From: Thalia democratica
Taxonomy: Eukaryota
NCBI GenBank assembly: GCA_965202585.1
Contig: OZ241827.1
Span: 86,490,001 to 86,554,000 of the forward strand
Length of the DNA: 64,000 bases
Direction: 5' to 3'
This document shows, piece after piece, positions 26,330 to 39,031 of this stretch. Each line of letters opens with the position of its first letter. Within the stretch, counting starts at the first letter, position 1. The translations under genes and the position numbers were made by a program. The notes under the pieces were generated by a model, which worked only from the letters and a program-made list of their open reading frames with translations, did no database searches and had not been told where the DNA came from.

Positions 26330-27110
26330 CCAATGGTTGAACTGGAAGATTCAAGATCAAAAATAACTGTTAAGCAGGCAAAAACGTTGCTATGACTAAC
26401 TGTTGATGCCTTCACATTGTTAAGTTTTTTAGTGTAATGCTGCAGTTGAAAAATAATCCAGATAGCGGTTACCGAGTATCCCCGGCCAAAATCATATATG
26501 GGCGTCAGCTACTAAATAGTTTAGAATTTCTGAACAAGCTAGCTAAGTTATCCAATCCAGCAGTTCAAACCATTACAAAATATGGAAGATCAAAGAAGAG
26601 GCGCTTGAAACAAGATTTGTGTAAAATTTAGAAAAGCTCAACTAGAAAAATATTAATTTGTAGTCCCTTTATGTTGGTAATGAATTCCTACTGCAGAATC
26701 AGAGTAGTGCTCATACTCGAAAACATAAAAAGAGTGAAGTTATAATGGAGGTGCTACGACTCTATCAATTTATAATCAGATTTTTTGGTTAACGGGTACT
26801 CACACAGAGAAACATAAAAAGGTTGTACAGTCTAATGTCAAACGGTACTGATTCAAAGGCGTTTCATGGTAGCCATAGAAGTCTACCAAGCCATAAAATT
26901 TGTATTACCTGAATGAAATTGATGATCTTTTTAATGTCGCCACTACCGGTAGACCTGTTGCAAATCAACCAGAAGAGCTTTCCTGTTATAATCATTCCAG
27001 CAGGAAATATCAAGTCACCTGCCTTACATCGATTGAGGGACCATAATGCGCCATGAAGACTTGAACAGATAAAGGGAAAAGTAGCAGACGATGAGCATTT
27101 CTGATTGGAT
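26330..27110 (+). pseudogene. Degenerate Ty3/Gypsy (Mag-like) integrase C-terminal half
   Basis: With stops and frameshifts it reads TVKQAKTLL...MLQLKNNPDSGYRVSPAKIIYGRQL...KIKEEAL...VGNEFLLQNQ...EV...LTQRNIKRL...ALHRLRDHNAP, matching the post-DDE pattern of these integrases (N.P...SPA.I.+GR.L; L.VG..V..QNQ; T.RNR). Confidence 0.65.
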
Positions 27111-27491
27111 AGAATGAACTCAGCATGGAATTCTAAATAATTAAAATTTTATTTGTGCTTTTTCACAGCCTTTTTATCAAGATAATTGCTTTGGACTTTT
27201 TAAACTCTATATTGCTAAAATTATTTTTAATTTTATTATTATCAGCTCGTTTATTAACATTCATTACATAAATAAACTAACTTAATAAATTAGGGTGTTG
27301 TTTTTGAGCATTCGTACACTTTTATGTATTTTGTAAAGTTTCATGATTGAAAGTAAGTTAAACCGGAGAATTAAATTTATTATAAGAAAAAATTCTTGTG
27401 TTTGAATACTTTATTAACAAAAAAAAACCTGAAACGATAAAAGATATAAATAAATATAGTATATAATTCATAATATAAACACAGATATATA

Positions 27492-28444
27492 CAGGGTTGC
27501 CAAACACTCAGGGAATTTTCGAGTAATAGAAAATCTCAGGGAAACTCAAGACATTTTTGATTTTTATAAAAAATTTAAGGGAAGTTTTAAGATTTTTTTA
27601 AAAATCTCAGGAGTTTTCTTTATCTAGAATAAGATTTAATTAATCCAGTTTCAATATTTTGTTCAAAAAATTCAATTTTATTTATTTTTAATTGGTAATT
27701 AAGAAATTTTTCGCCTTGCGATTAGTTCATCAAAATTCTTAGAATTAACATTGTAGTGTTTTTAGAGTTTTAAATTTATATTTATCATGACTGAAGTTAA
27801 ACAAAAACAAACAGTTTAGAGAAATGAAAGTTGTGATTAACTATGCATTGAATAGTTTTTATAAACTTTTTATATTTAGTTACTTATGTAGTTTAATGAA
27901 ATATATGTTGTGCTACAAGTCCTTATTTTTAAAATAAAGTTATTTGTTTACAACTACTTGTTTTCAGTAGAAAAATCAAAAAAGAGCATAAGTTAGTGTT
28001 GTCTTACTTTTACATTAGAGGTTAAATTTTTATTTGTAATTAATTACAAACTTATCTGTAATGATAATTTTATTTTTAATGTGAGTATTTTAATAAATTA
28101 AAGTTTTTAAAAAAAAATTGAACTGTTTTCTATTATGTGTAAATTTAACTAACAAGTTTACACAAAATTGTGCACAAATTTATTTTTTCAATCTCAAATG
28201 ATTTAACCTTTTAACATTTAGTTTTGGAAAACATTTTTTTTCATAAGTTTAGTAAGCATTAAATGCAGAAGCATACACATACAACCTTCCTTTTATTAGT
28301 AAAGAAGATAAATGAGCATAAGGTTAGTAATTTGTGCCAGAAGCAAAGTAAGGATTTAGAACAAACTCAAAAAAGATTAAGTTTACTCAAGGGAAGTTTC
28401 TGGTCACTCAAAGAAGGTTTTTGACTCAAAGAGTGGCAACCCTG
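27492..28444 (+). mobile_element. MITE, CAGGGTTGCCA family, interrupted by ~570 bp
   Basis: CAGGGTTGCCAAACACTCAGGG ... GAGTGGCAACCCTG; both ends are homologous to 6814-7267. Confidence 0.7.
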
Positions 28445-29298
28445 TTTAAAAACAAATAATTTATATTCAGTATTTTATTAAAGTAAATACATAAATTCTT
28501 CCTTTTAATTATTGTCTTACTTAGAAAAAGCGTTATTAGTTTATTTTTGTAAATAGGTGAAGAATAACTAATTGAATTCATCTAAACAGCCTAAAAAAAA
28601 TTAAGTTTAATCGTACATTAAGTTTGTTATTAATCAAATAGGTAAACATTTAAATTTATTAGTTTAATTTTATGTATTGTTGCTGACTTTTAAATATTTT
28701 ATTTAATACTTGGTTTCATAACAGTATTTAGAATATTCTAATATATTGAAATTTTATATTTTACGTTAAATTAAGTTGGTACTATTTGATAAATATGTAT
28801 TGAACTTTTCTTGTGTTTTAAAAAAACTAATATTGAATTTATATTTAGTTTTTGAACTTAAGGTTAACAATACCAAATGCTGTTTATTTCTTAGTTTGGA
28901 TGGATAAATCAACTTAAAAATAACAAATAATTAACTAAGATTTTTCTTTAGAAAAATTCTATCAGTTTCTTTTTCTGGTGCATAACTTCGTTAAAAAATA
29001 TAACAAAACACATTTCATTTTTTCTTAACTTTATTTGAGTACTTTCGGAGTATGGCTTATAAAAAATTGTATCTTATTAGTAAAACTGAATTAAAATGAA
29101 ATCATACTGTAGGTTTAAGTTATAAAATATAAACTGACGTAATAATCAAATGTTAAACTAACTAAATGCTTGTACTTTGCTGTACTAATAAAACTCGTTA
29201 GATTAAAATCTAACTAAAACAAACCAGCGAAAAAATGAAACTACACTTTAAAAAAATATAGAGACTAGTTACTTTAAAAATATTTACTAACAGGATTT

Positions 29299-29510
29299 TA
29301 AAAATCTAGTTTGGTATACGAACTTTTCTGCTTACATAAACTGGGCCTTAATGATTGAATGAATAAGGCTTTTAGAATATGTAGCTGAAAAGAGTTCTTC
29401 GCTCTCACTAATACTGAAAAGTTCTCCTTTTTATAATTTTTAGCACACTCAGGATTGTCCAACAAATGTTGCCCAATCGCTGGGAAGTATTTTTTGTTGG
29501 TTTCTCCGAA
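29299..29510 (-). pseudogene. Old Penelope-like endonuclease C-terminal fragment
   Basis: Minus frame: PAIGQHLLDNPECAKNYKKENFSVLVRAKNSFQLHILKALFIQSLRPSLCKQK, homologous to SAIAEHLVNNPSCGKKFAVSNFSVMRQCSNTLDLIRLEAILIHLNKPNLCKKK at 38037-38200. Confidence 0.7.
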
Positions 29511-30550
29511 CGACCATCAAACCAGCTTTTCATACTGTAGTTAAAACTTAAAATTTCAGTATGATTTTATTTCAATTCCAATTCAGTTCTACATCGTATG
29601 ATACAATTTTTGATAAGCCTTACTCCGAAAGTTCTCCAATAAATTTAAGAAAAAATGAAATTTGTTTTGTTATATTTATAAAAAAGGTTTTGTAAAATTT
29701 TTTGTGATGCTAAAAACTTTTAAGATAAAATTTTAATTTAATTTGCAATTTAGTAAGCAATTTTTATAGTTTTTCAATGTTTATCAACTTTTTTTTTTGC
29801 AGACCAGTTTCCATTCTCCACCAAAACAGAAGAAAAATTACAAATTTAAATTATCGCAATTATTTGCCGAACAAGGAAGATTAACTGAAATATTTGTACA
29901 TCTTTATTTTATTAATTTGTAAACATGTTCTTGAGATAACTACCAAACAGTTTTTCAATAAGTTAGTTCATGGTGTTTTGTTATTCTGAGACCATAAAAA
30001 TTTCTGTTTTAATAACTTAAAACACTACAGTTCGTACAAATCATTAAAAAAATATATAGTGTTTTATAGAAATAGTAAAATACATAATTAAACTTAAGTT
30101 TTTTCTGAGTGTACAAAAAAACACACAAAATTTATCTTTTTTTACAATAGTGATTAAAAAGAGATATAAAAAAACAACTTTTTTTTTTCAGAGTGTACAA
30201 CAAAATATTGACATCGTTGCAATAAAATGGTTAAAAAATGAGTAACAATACAGATACCTAAAAAGCATGTAAGTAATTTGAATAATGTACTCAAGTTTAC
30301 ATTGGTTTAAATTTATTTTTCTATTAGCAAAATTTTAAATTAAGTTTTTGTTATAAAAGGTGTTATCAACGTCAAATTTTTACAAGTTTATTCAGAGTTT
30401 TTGAATCTGAATGGTTTTTAAAACATTAAAAAACTAGCAGTATTGTTATTAATTGAATTAAAATTGATAAAAAAATACTGTTTAACCTTATATACAAAAT
30501 TGCTGTGATTGTTAATTTAAACAGGAATTGGAAGAAAAGCAGATTTCAGA

Positions 30551-32154
30551 ATGAATACCCAACAAATCGAACCTGGGCAACAACCACAAGAAAATGAAAG
30601 AAAGGCGGAAGTATGTTTAAAAAAATAAATTAAAATAAGTTCATAAGTATGTATTGAGATTTAATAAGTTTATGACGGTGTTAAAAATTAAAATTTTAAT
30701 AAATTTTGAAACCATTTTATAAGCTTATCTATCTTCATCTATTACTTTGTAAAAGTAGATCCTAAATTATTTGCGAATGTAAATAGTTTAAATATGAAAA
30801 TTTTATTTAAAATGTATATTTACTTTTTGAAATTATTTTCTATTTTTAGTAAAAAAAAATCATACAAATTTTGAAATGTTATTTAGTCTTTATCTCAATT
30901 AATTTTCATCAAGTTAATAAATGTAATTTGCCCATCAGTAGTTCTTTACAATTTTAAAATTCTCAGTTTTTGATAATGTACACCTTAGGGTGGAGAAGTA
31001 AATGAATTTATTAGGTTGTATTGTATGTTGTTTTTCAAATAGTATTTAACTTTGAAAACTTTAATTTTTGTTTTTTACTCAAAAACCTAGTATGCACTGA
31101 CGCCTTTAGTTATCTATTTTGCATATTTTGAGATAGTTTTAAAGCCACTGAAATAATTTTGCTCTATGTATAAGGTTTAAACAATGCATTTTATTTATTA
31201 AAAAAAACTTGTCAGTTTTAATCTCATGTTCTTATTAGTTCACGTATTTTTCAAGTTTGACTTTGATATAAAACATTGTTTTTTATCATTTCCTAACTAA
31301 AATAATACATCCTCTTTTATTTTAGGGTTGCTCTATAACCTGGAATTTGATTATTTAGGCTAAAAATTCTTGAAAAAATCTGGAATTTAAAAACTTTGTA
31401 AAAAAAACGGTAATTTCAATAAAATCACTAAAAAACCTAGAATTTTTAACAGTTTTTATATGATCAGTAGTAAAATTTCGATTTAAACAAAAAATCTATA
31501 ATATTATAAAGAAATTTGCCATCATAAATTTTTTTTTGTTATTAAGATACTCATTTAAAGTCGCTGTACATTATTTTTCAATGCTATTGTACTACTTAAC
31601 ACAGTTTTTATCCTTAAACTATACATATATTAAAACTAGACCCAAAAACGTTTAGTTTAAAAACTGGAAGAAATTTTCTTAAAACCCAATGGCAACCCTG
31701 TTATTCGCAAAAACCTATTCTTTGTAAAAAGTTTGGCCTAACCAGGGTGTAACAAGCTAGTCGATAACACAATATTTAACAAAATTATTTATAACCAGCT
31801 GCTGATATTAGTGTATAAACCACTACTTTCGTTTATAGACTACCGGTAACCGTTTTATAACATTAAATTTCTCAAATATTAGATATACTTTGTAGTACAT
31901 TATTGTCACATATTTTTATAAAAATTAAAAAAAAACATATGAGTAAATTTTTACTATTGACTCATAATATTTTTTGTTAGTATCTATAGTTCAGTCTTAA
32001 AAATTGTCTTAAATTGTCACTAATCAGTACATACATTAAATTAGTTTTTTTTCAGAGTTAGAGAGCAGAAGTGAATGATATGAAGAAAAAACTTCAACAA
32101 ATGAAAAATTTTGAGAATAAATTTGAAAATAAGCGACTATCACATTTTTACTAA
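30551..32154 (+). CDS. Possible small spliced ORF (~50 aa), unidentified
   Basis: Exon 30525-30610 (acceptor AAACAG, ATG 30551, donor GTATGT; MNTQQIEPGQQPQENERKAE) could join 32062-32154 (RAEVNDMKKKLQQMKNFENK...FY*). This needs the second of two nearby AG acceptors. Confidence 0.2.
31323..31700 (+). mobile_element. MITE, CAGGGTTGCCA family, 6-bp TSD TTATTT/TTATTC
   Basis: TAGGGTTGCTC ... TGGCAACCCTG; internal sequence like 3017-3439. Confidence 0.75.
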
Positions 32155-35100
32155 AATTACGATGAACTTAGATAATGCTTGTCAGTTTATAGAAAATATT
32201 TTGCTTTTTTTCACTTTACATAAGTTAAAGATGGTGTTTTAAAGTTTAAATTAAATTGATGGAATATTTTTTAAAGTAAAATTGTTCAAATTGCGATATT
32301 TTGAAGATCTAGGCTGTTTTTTTATTAATTTTATTCTTTTTAAATACATATCACGGTTTCGTAGAAAAATTAATTGTTTTAAAAGATTTTATTACCTCAA
32401 AAGTTTTATATACAGTTTGAAATATTTAATTTTATATTAGTAAAAAAATCGCGTTCAAGTATTAATAGCTGTTATTTTGATTCAATTATTATATTTTGAC
32501 TTGATAAATAATTAAAAATGTATTTTTTTCTGTTATACTTCTTCATCTTTGTATTCTCTGATCGATTTTTTAATTTTTACATAAAATTATAAAAATTAGT
32601 TTTTGTGGTAAATATTAAAAAAAAAGTTGCTATATTTTTCAAAAAATGCTCTATTAGTATTCTTTTAAGTATGTTTTGTAATAAAATAATTAAAATAATC
32701 ATAAAGTAAGACTGTTAAGTCGTATACATGGAAGTTTATTTAACATAAGAAGACCTTGGTATATAAATGTTACAAAAATTTGTTTTTACATTGATAATTG
32801 ATCCAATTAAACACTTGATTGACAGTCCAATTGATTTTATTATATTACGTTATGCTAATAAATTATTGTAAAGTTTATGTGATGACAATCATCTTGAAGT
32901 AAGGTGAAGTTTGCAACATTTTATTATAATTAAATTACATATTTTTTTGTTGAAACTTTAACATCTTATACAAACTTAGTTAGCTAAATTTTACAACCAG
33001 AAAAAATTATATTTTTCAAATTAAGACTAATTGGGTAAGTACGAGAGCTCATAGAAAAAGTTGGACAATTTGTTTTATATGACTTATATTTTTTTCGTTA
33101 TTTTTAATTTATTTATTTTTCAAAGTTTTCATTCTTAAACAATACTTGCTTTGAATGTTTCATTCACTATGTTTTATTAACTTCAATTTGATGTTATATT
33201 ACACTAACAGAAAAAACAAAAGTTAAAAGTTATATATGGTTCAAAATGAAACTACTTTAGAAAAAATAGATAAAAAACTAGCTACTATTTTCTTTGTAAA
33301 CTTAAGGCAAGTTGTATTAAATAACATCAAAAAAGAAAAGAACTAACTATGTATAAACTGATGGCTTTGAGGCAGAAATTGGAACGCTTTTTATACTTAT
33401 AATATTTAAAAACTTCTTTTACAACTTTGTAATAGTCAAACTAATTATAACGTTTACGTTAAAATATTTTAAAGCAAAAGCAATGAAGGTCGAATTGTTC
33501 CGTGAATTTTAAAACTTTATTCAGAATATCTCTGACTTGGGTTTGTCTTGATTATTATATTTTTAAACTTGGAGCTTTAGTTAAAAAAGTATTCGCACCA
33601 CAAAAAGTTGTGCTGCTTTTTTTTCTTAATACACAAAAATTTCATGTACAACTTTGTAATAGATATAACGTTTATGTTAAAATATTCGAAAGCTAAAATA
33701 GGAAGGTCGACTTGTTCTATAAGTTTTAATGCAAATATATATTTTAAATTTATTTTATTAAGCCTTTTAAATCTTGATATCTAGCTTTTATACTGTTTAA
33801 ACTTTCAGAGTATTTTGTTTATTTTAAAGCTTGATTCAATTTTTTTTGTTAAGATTCTAACATACATTTTTATATACACATGCATTTCAATTAATTTTGA
33901 AAGTAGCTAAAACAATAAAAATAAACAGTATTTTTTTTTTACAAATGACTTATATTTTAGAAGTTCAAAGTTTAAGATTTTTCAAGTTTCAAGCTTTGTT
34001 AAGTATATACTAAAAGAAAGATGTTAGAAAACTTCAAACTATTGTTTAATAAGTAGCTAAACTCATTGAACCAAAATATAAATATTTCCAAATAATTTTA
34101 GGTTTTTGGAAATGAATTTACGAAAAGCTTGTCGGTCATCAAAACTATAATGAGCTAATTTAAAACTCAACATTCCCAAATCTTTTAATTCCGTACTTTT
34201 GATATTTTTTCACGTATTTTTGTTAATATGTCATAATCATGGGGTATGCAAATTTAAATTGCACTGTTCATTATTTTCTTCAAATAAATAAACTGTAACA
34301 TGTTTGTTTTAAATATTGTATTTTATACACAGTTTGTAAGTTTATAACTTTTTTCTAATATTTTTAGTTTGAAACTATTCTAATTTGATACAAAACACTT
34401 CATTTTTTAATATAATGATTTTTAATTATTAGTTTGAAGATTTTTTAAAACTAAATTAAAATTGCATTTTGAACACACTTTGGCTAAAAACATTGGCTAA
34501 AACCACATATACCATACCGGCAGTTCGTACCTAGTTGACAAGTACTGTAACTAGAAATCACTTATAACTTGTGAAAAACTTATAAAACTTGTGAACTAAC
34601 AAATAAATTTTAACACTTTATTCAGATTAATGCTACGTCTTCAAACAAACAAAAAATATTTAAAACATTTGAAAGTAGCTTATTAATATGTAAAAAAAAG
34701 TATAACATAAATTAAGATTATTTTGTTATATAAAAGACTGCAGAGTTGTATATAAAAAGCCAAGTATAAAAGTTAACACTTAAATGCTAATATATCAGTT
34801 TATATATATCCTTTATATCAAATATTTTTTTTATTGTTGTTTAAGAATTAGAAAAATAAAAAAATGTGTGTGTTTTATATTTTGTATTAGTGAATTTTAA
34901 ATAGAAAATATCATTACTAGTTATTAATCGTTAAATAGAACTTGTGTTAGCTTTTAAAAGCAGGAAAAAGTTAAGTAATTTGATAATAATAATGCATTAA
35001 TTTGGAGAGTTTTTTATTTAGGCGAAGTAAAAAAAAAGATTACGTCTCAAACAATATATACATATACACATATATCAGTGTTAATATAAATAGGTTTGCA

Positions 35101-35339
35101 ACCTTGAATTATAAAAGCTAGGAAATAAACATCTATATCAAAAACAAAAACTTTTTGACTATTTAGCCAACAAAATTACAAAATAGAGAAAAGTTATACA
35201 AAAATATACCAAACGTAATAAATATATAGCCGATTTAATGACTTTGCAAAACTACCTGAAGCCTTATAAAATTTAAAATAGATCTTTGTTTTTTTTTTCC
35301 AGCTAGTAAGTTAGTTTCAAAACGAGATTGTATATAAAG

Positions 35340-36010
35340 CTAAAATACTCTAACAACACATTTTGAGTAATATTTTTGACAGTTATACTTAATTTAGATA
35401 AGAAAAAACAAAGTTTAGTTTATGTACCGAAAAAGCAACTATACTACTGTTTTTGGGCCAATTTTTGAGCATTCATAATCTAGAAAATATAAGCTTAACT
35501 TTGTTTATTAAAGTCAGCACTATATAAGCATCTAAAATAAACAACTAAAAAGTTTGAAACAGTTAAATAAATGTTTTTTTACAGAACATCTATAAGGTTA
35601 GCTTTTATATACCGAAAAAGAAGCAACTATACTAGTAGTTTTATGTAAAAATTTTAATATTCATAATCTAAAAAACATAAGGTAAACTTTATTTATTAAA
35701 GTCAGCTGTAGATAAGAATTTAAGTAACACAAGCACAAAGTTTAAAACGGTTTATCAAGATATATTTTATTTAAGAACATCTGTAAGGTTAGTTTCTATA
35801 CCTTAAAAGCAACTAAATTTGTGTTTTTGTTTCAAGTTTTAGCATTTATAAATAGAATTTTTTTAAATTTAGTTTTTGAGATCAGCGCTCGGTAAGCAGA
35901 TAAATAATACAACTACAAAGTTTGAAACTGTTTAATAAAGTTTATTTTCTATTTGATTATCTATATTCGATAAGTTTAGTTTATATATGAAGTAAAAGTA
36001 ATTATACTAG
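35340..36010 (+). repeat. Three diverged ~190-bp tandem units upstream of paralog B
   Basis: Units anchored on AAAGTCAGC..TAAG..AAATAA.CAACTA.AAAGTTTGAAAC at ~35510, ~35700 and ~35880; the same three units occur at 62385-62885. Confidence 0.75.
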
Positions 36011-36692
36011 TGTTTTTTTTATAAAATTTTGAGCATTAATAGTAAAAATAGTACACAAGTTAAATGGTTTTTTTTTGAAACATGCGCTAAATAACATTTT
36101 TATTTATTACAATTACAATGTTTTCAACAGTTGAAAAAGTATTTTTTACTCAAATTTTTTTTTAGATTTGTTTAAAAATTTTGATAGTAAGATTACACAT
36201 TTCTGAAACTGTCATTCTGATTTGTATACAGTAGACTAAAATGGCATAGGAATCATAAAATAGTAATTAATTAAGGTAGATTTAATTATGATGAGTAGTA
36301 CTAATGAATTAAGTGTATCAAAATCTATACTTTAAATCTAACCTAAAATAATATAATTATATAAAAGTTATAGATTAGTGATTTATATTTTCAATAGTTT
36401 AAAAGTATATCATACTTTTAATAAAAATACAATAATATAAAATGAAACTTTTGGTTAAAACAAGTTACGTTTATTCCAAGCTATTTATAAAAGTCACTAA
36501 TATTTCTGAAACAGTGTTGTCATAGTAGTGTTTTGTGGTTCTTTTATATAATAGATACATTAATAAAACTGTCTTTTTGATTAGTATAAAGTAGACTAAA
36601 ATAGCATAGTAATTATAACTTATAATAATTTTAACATCAGACTTTATTTTGTTATTTTTTTAATGAATAAAAGAACACTCAAATTTTTTTCA

Positions 36693-36726
36693 TTCCAATA
36701 TATTTCGTCAAATTCTCTTCAGGGAA
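36693..36726 (-). ncRNA. Minimal type I hammerhead ribozyme motif (inverted arm)
   Basis: Exact reverse complement of 38378-38411. Confidence 0.65.
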
Positions 36727-37354
36727 ACTACAATTGAAACAATAAAATAAAACACAACAAGTATATATACAAAATAATATTTTTTACAAACTAATTAACT
36801 GATCAATTAAGTAAACATAAATGTAATCAACGAAAATGTAATCAACAAAGCTTTAAAAATCAACACAAAGTGGTCTTAACTAAATAAAGCTAGGGTGTAA
36901 TCAAATTCTTTCTTTTTGCATAAGTTTGGTTTGTTTAAATGTATTAAAATGGCTTCAAGTCTGATTAAATCCAATGTATTTGAACATTGTCGCATTACAC
37001 TGAAATTAGATACTGCAAACTTTTTTCCACAACTTGGATTATTCACAAGGTGTTCTGCTATCGCAGATTTTTTTATTGCATTTTTGACCAGCATTTCTGG
37101 ATAACTATTGAGTTTAAGAATTGACTTTATATTGTTAACTTCATCGGATAAGTATTCTGGTGAGCAGATTTTTTGTGCTCTACTGTATAGAGTCTTAATC
37201 AAACCAATTTTTCTACGTTTACTACAGAATGATTGGAAGTTTAAGTAGTTGTTGTTGAAGGTAGGCTTTCTGTATACTTTAGTTGTGAATTTTCTATCTT
37301 TCTTAACAATCAGAACATCGAGAAAAGCTAATTGGTTACTTGTTTCAGATTCTA

Positions 37355-38228
37355 TCAATCCATTAAGTTTACCAAAGAATCTGAAACAAGTAACCAATTA
37401 GTTTTTCTCGATGTTCTGATTGTTAAGAAAGATAGAAAATTCACAACTAAAGTATACAGAAAGCCTACCTTCAACAACAACTACTTAAACTTCCAATCAT
37501 TCTGTAGTAAACGTAGAAAAATTGGTTTGATTAAGACTCTATACAGTAGAGCACAAAAAATCTGCTCACCAGAATACTTATCCGATGAAGTTAACAATAT
37601 AAAGTCAATTCTTAAACTCAATGGTTATCCCGAAATGCTGGTAAACCGAGTAATTAAGTCACAGTCTACCAATTCAAATATAGCCAAACCTTATGGACCG
37701 GATAAATGCCCAATTTTGTTAAAACTTCCATATATTGGTGTCGAATCGAAACTAATTGAGAAGAAAATAGTGGATATAACAAATAAAACATATCATGCGG
37801 TAAATCTTAGGGTTCTGTTCATGTCAAAACCAATACTTCAACGTTCGGGAAAAGACCTGATGACACCTCAAGAAAAGAGTCTTGTAGTTTACAAGTTTAA
37901 ATGCTGCTGTAACAGCAGCTACATTGGTCAAACTTCTCGACACCTCACAACTAGAATAAAGGAACATGTTCCCAAGTGTATCACTTCATATATTAAAGAC
38001 GAAAAGAGTGATGCAGTCAAAAATGCAATAAAAAAATCTGCGATAGCAGAACACCTTGTGAATAATCCAAGTTGTGGAAAAAAGTTTGCAGTATCTAATT
38101 TCAGTGTAATGCGACAATGTTCAAATACATTGGATTTAATCAGACTTGAAGCCATTTTAATACATTTAAACAAACCAAACTTATGCAAAAAGAAAGAATT
38201 TGATTACACCCTAGCCTTATTTAGTTAA
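37355..38228 (+). CDS. Penelope RT C-terminus plus GIY-YIG endonuclease (truncated, no RT catalytic core)
   Basis: SIKFTKE..QLVFLDVLI, TKVYRKPT (RT C-terminal part/thumb); VVYKFKCCCNSSYIGQTSRHLTTRIKEH (GIY-YIG with Cys/His); LEAILI..KPNLC. Confidence 0.9.
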
Positions 38229-38377
38229 GACCACTTTGTGTTGATTTTTAAAGCTTTGTTGATTACATTTTCGTTGATTACATTTATGTTTACTTAATTG
38301 ATCAGTTAATTAGTTTGTAAAAAATATTATTTTGTATATATACTTGTTGTGTTTTATTTTATTGTTTCAATTGTAGT

Positions 38378-38411
38378 TTCCCTGAAGAGAATTTGACGAA
38401 ATATATTGGAA
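38378..38411 (+). ncRNA. Minimal type I hammerhead ribozyme motif in Penelope 3' UTR
   Basis: TTCC-CTGAAGA-G aatttga C-GAAA-TATA-TT-GGAA: stem I TTCC/GGAA, core CUGANGA and GAAA, 1-bp stem II, palindromic ATATAT stem III. This is the expected position for Penelope hammerheads. Confidence 0.65.
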
Positions 38412-39031
38412 TGAAAAAATTTGAGTGTTCTTTTATTCATTAAAAAAAAAATTATAATTTAGTAATTAAATAAGTTAGTATTGATTTATGACTAGTAGTC
38501 CTAACAAATTAAGTATACCATCATCCATGCAAAAATTTATATTTTTTACATGGAATTTTATTAAAAAATTTATTAATTTTGTACTAAATTACTGCTAGTA
38601 ACAAGACTTTTTTCATTTAAATAGTTTATTGAGAAATGCTTTCAAAATTTAAATAATTTCCTTTTCTAAACAAAATAGATACTCACCAACATTAATTAAT
38701 CAAACGAAGTACGAGTAAATAAAACAAACTATCAGTATAAAACTAATCAAATTGATCATAAAAATTAAAATAGATAATTAGAACAAAAATGGACTATCTA
38801 AAAATGTTAAGTGTAATTCTGGATTCTTTATCAGGACCTAGTTGATGATTAAGTTTAGGTTTAATTTTTTTAATCATAATAGCCTCTACTGCAAGTAAAA
38901 TATTTCTATTATTACAAAATTTAGTTACCTCATAACAATTAAAAATATCATTATGATTTTGACAGAAATTACATTTTTCTATATGTGAGAATACTGCACT
39001 ACTTGTAGGCTTTGTATATTCTTTAACTCAG

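Larger units (their letters stand above)
36655..38451 (+). mobile_element. Penelope-like retroelement, 5'-truncated, palindromic (inverted 3' copy)
   Basis: Left arm 36655-37353 is the reverse complement of 37376-38451 minus a 375-bp deletion; 22-nt spacer 37354-37375; both outer ends are the same 3' UTR ending in poly(A). Confidence 0.92.

Noticed and set aside
36876-37397. 173-aa minus-strand gene
   Set aside because: Artefact of the palindrome: it starts in the opposite arm, crosses the spacer and has the endonuclease motif deleted.
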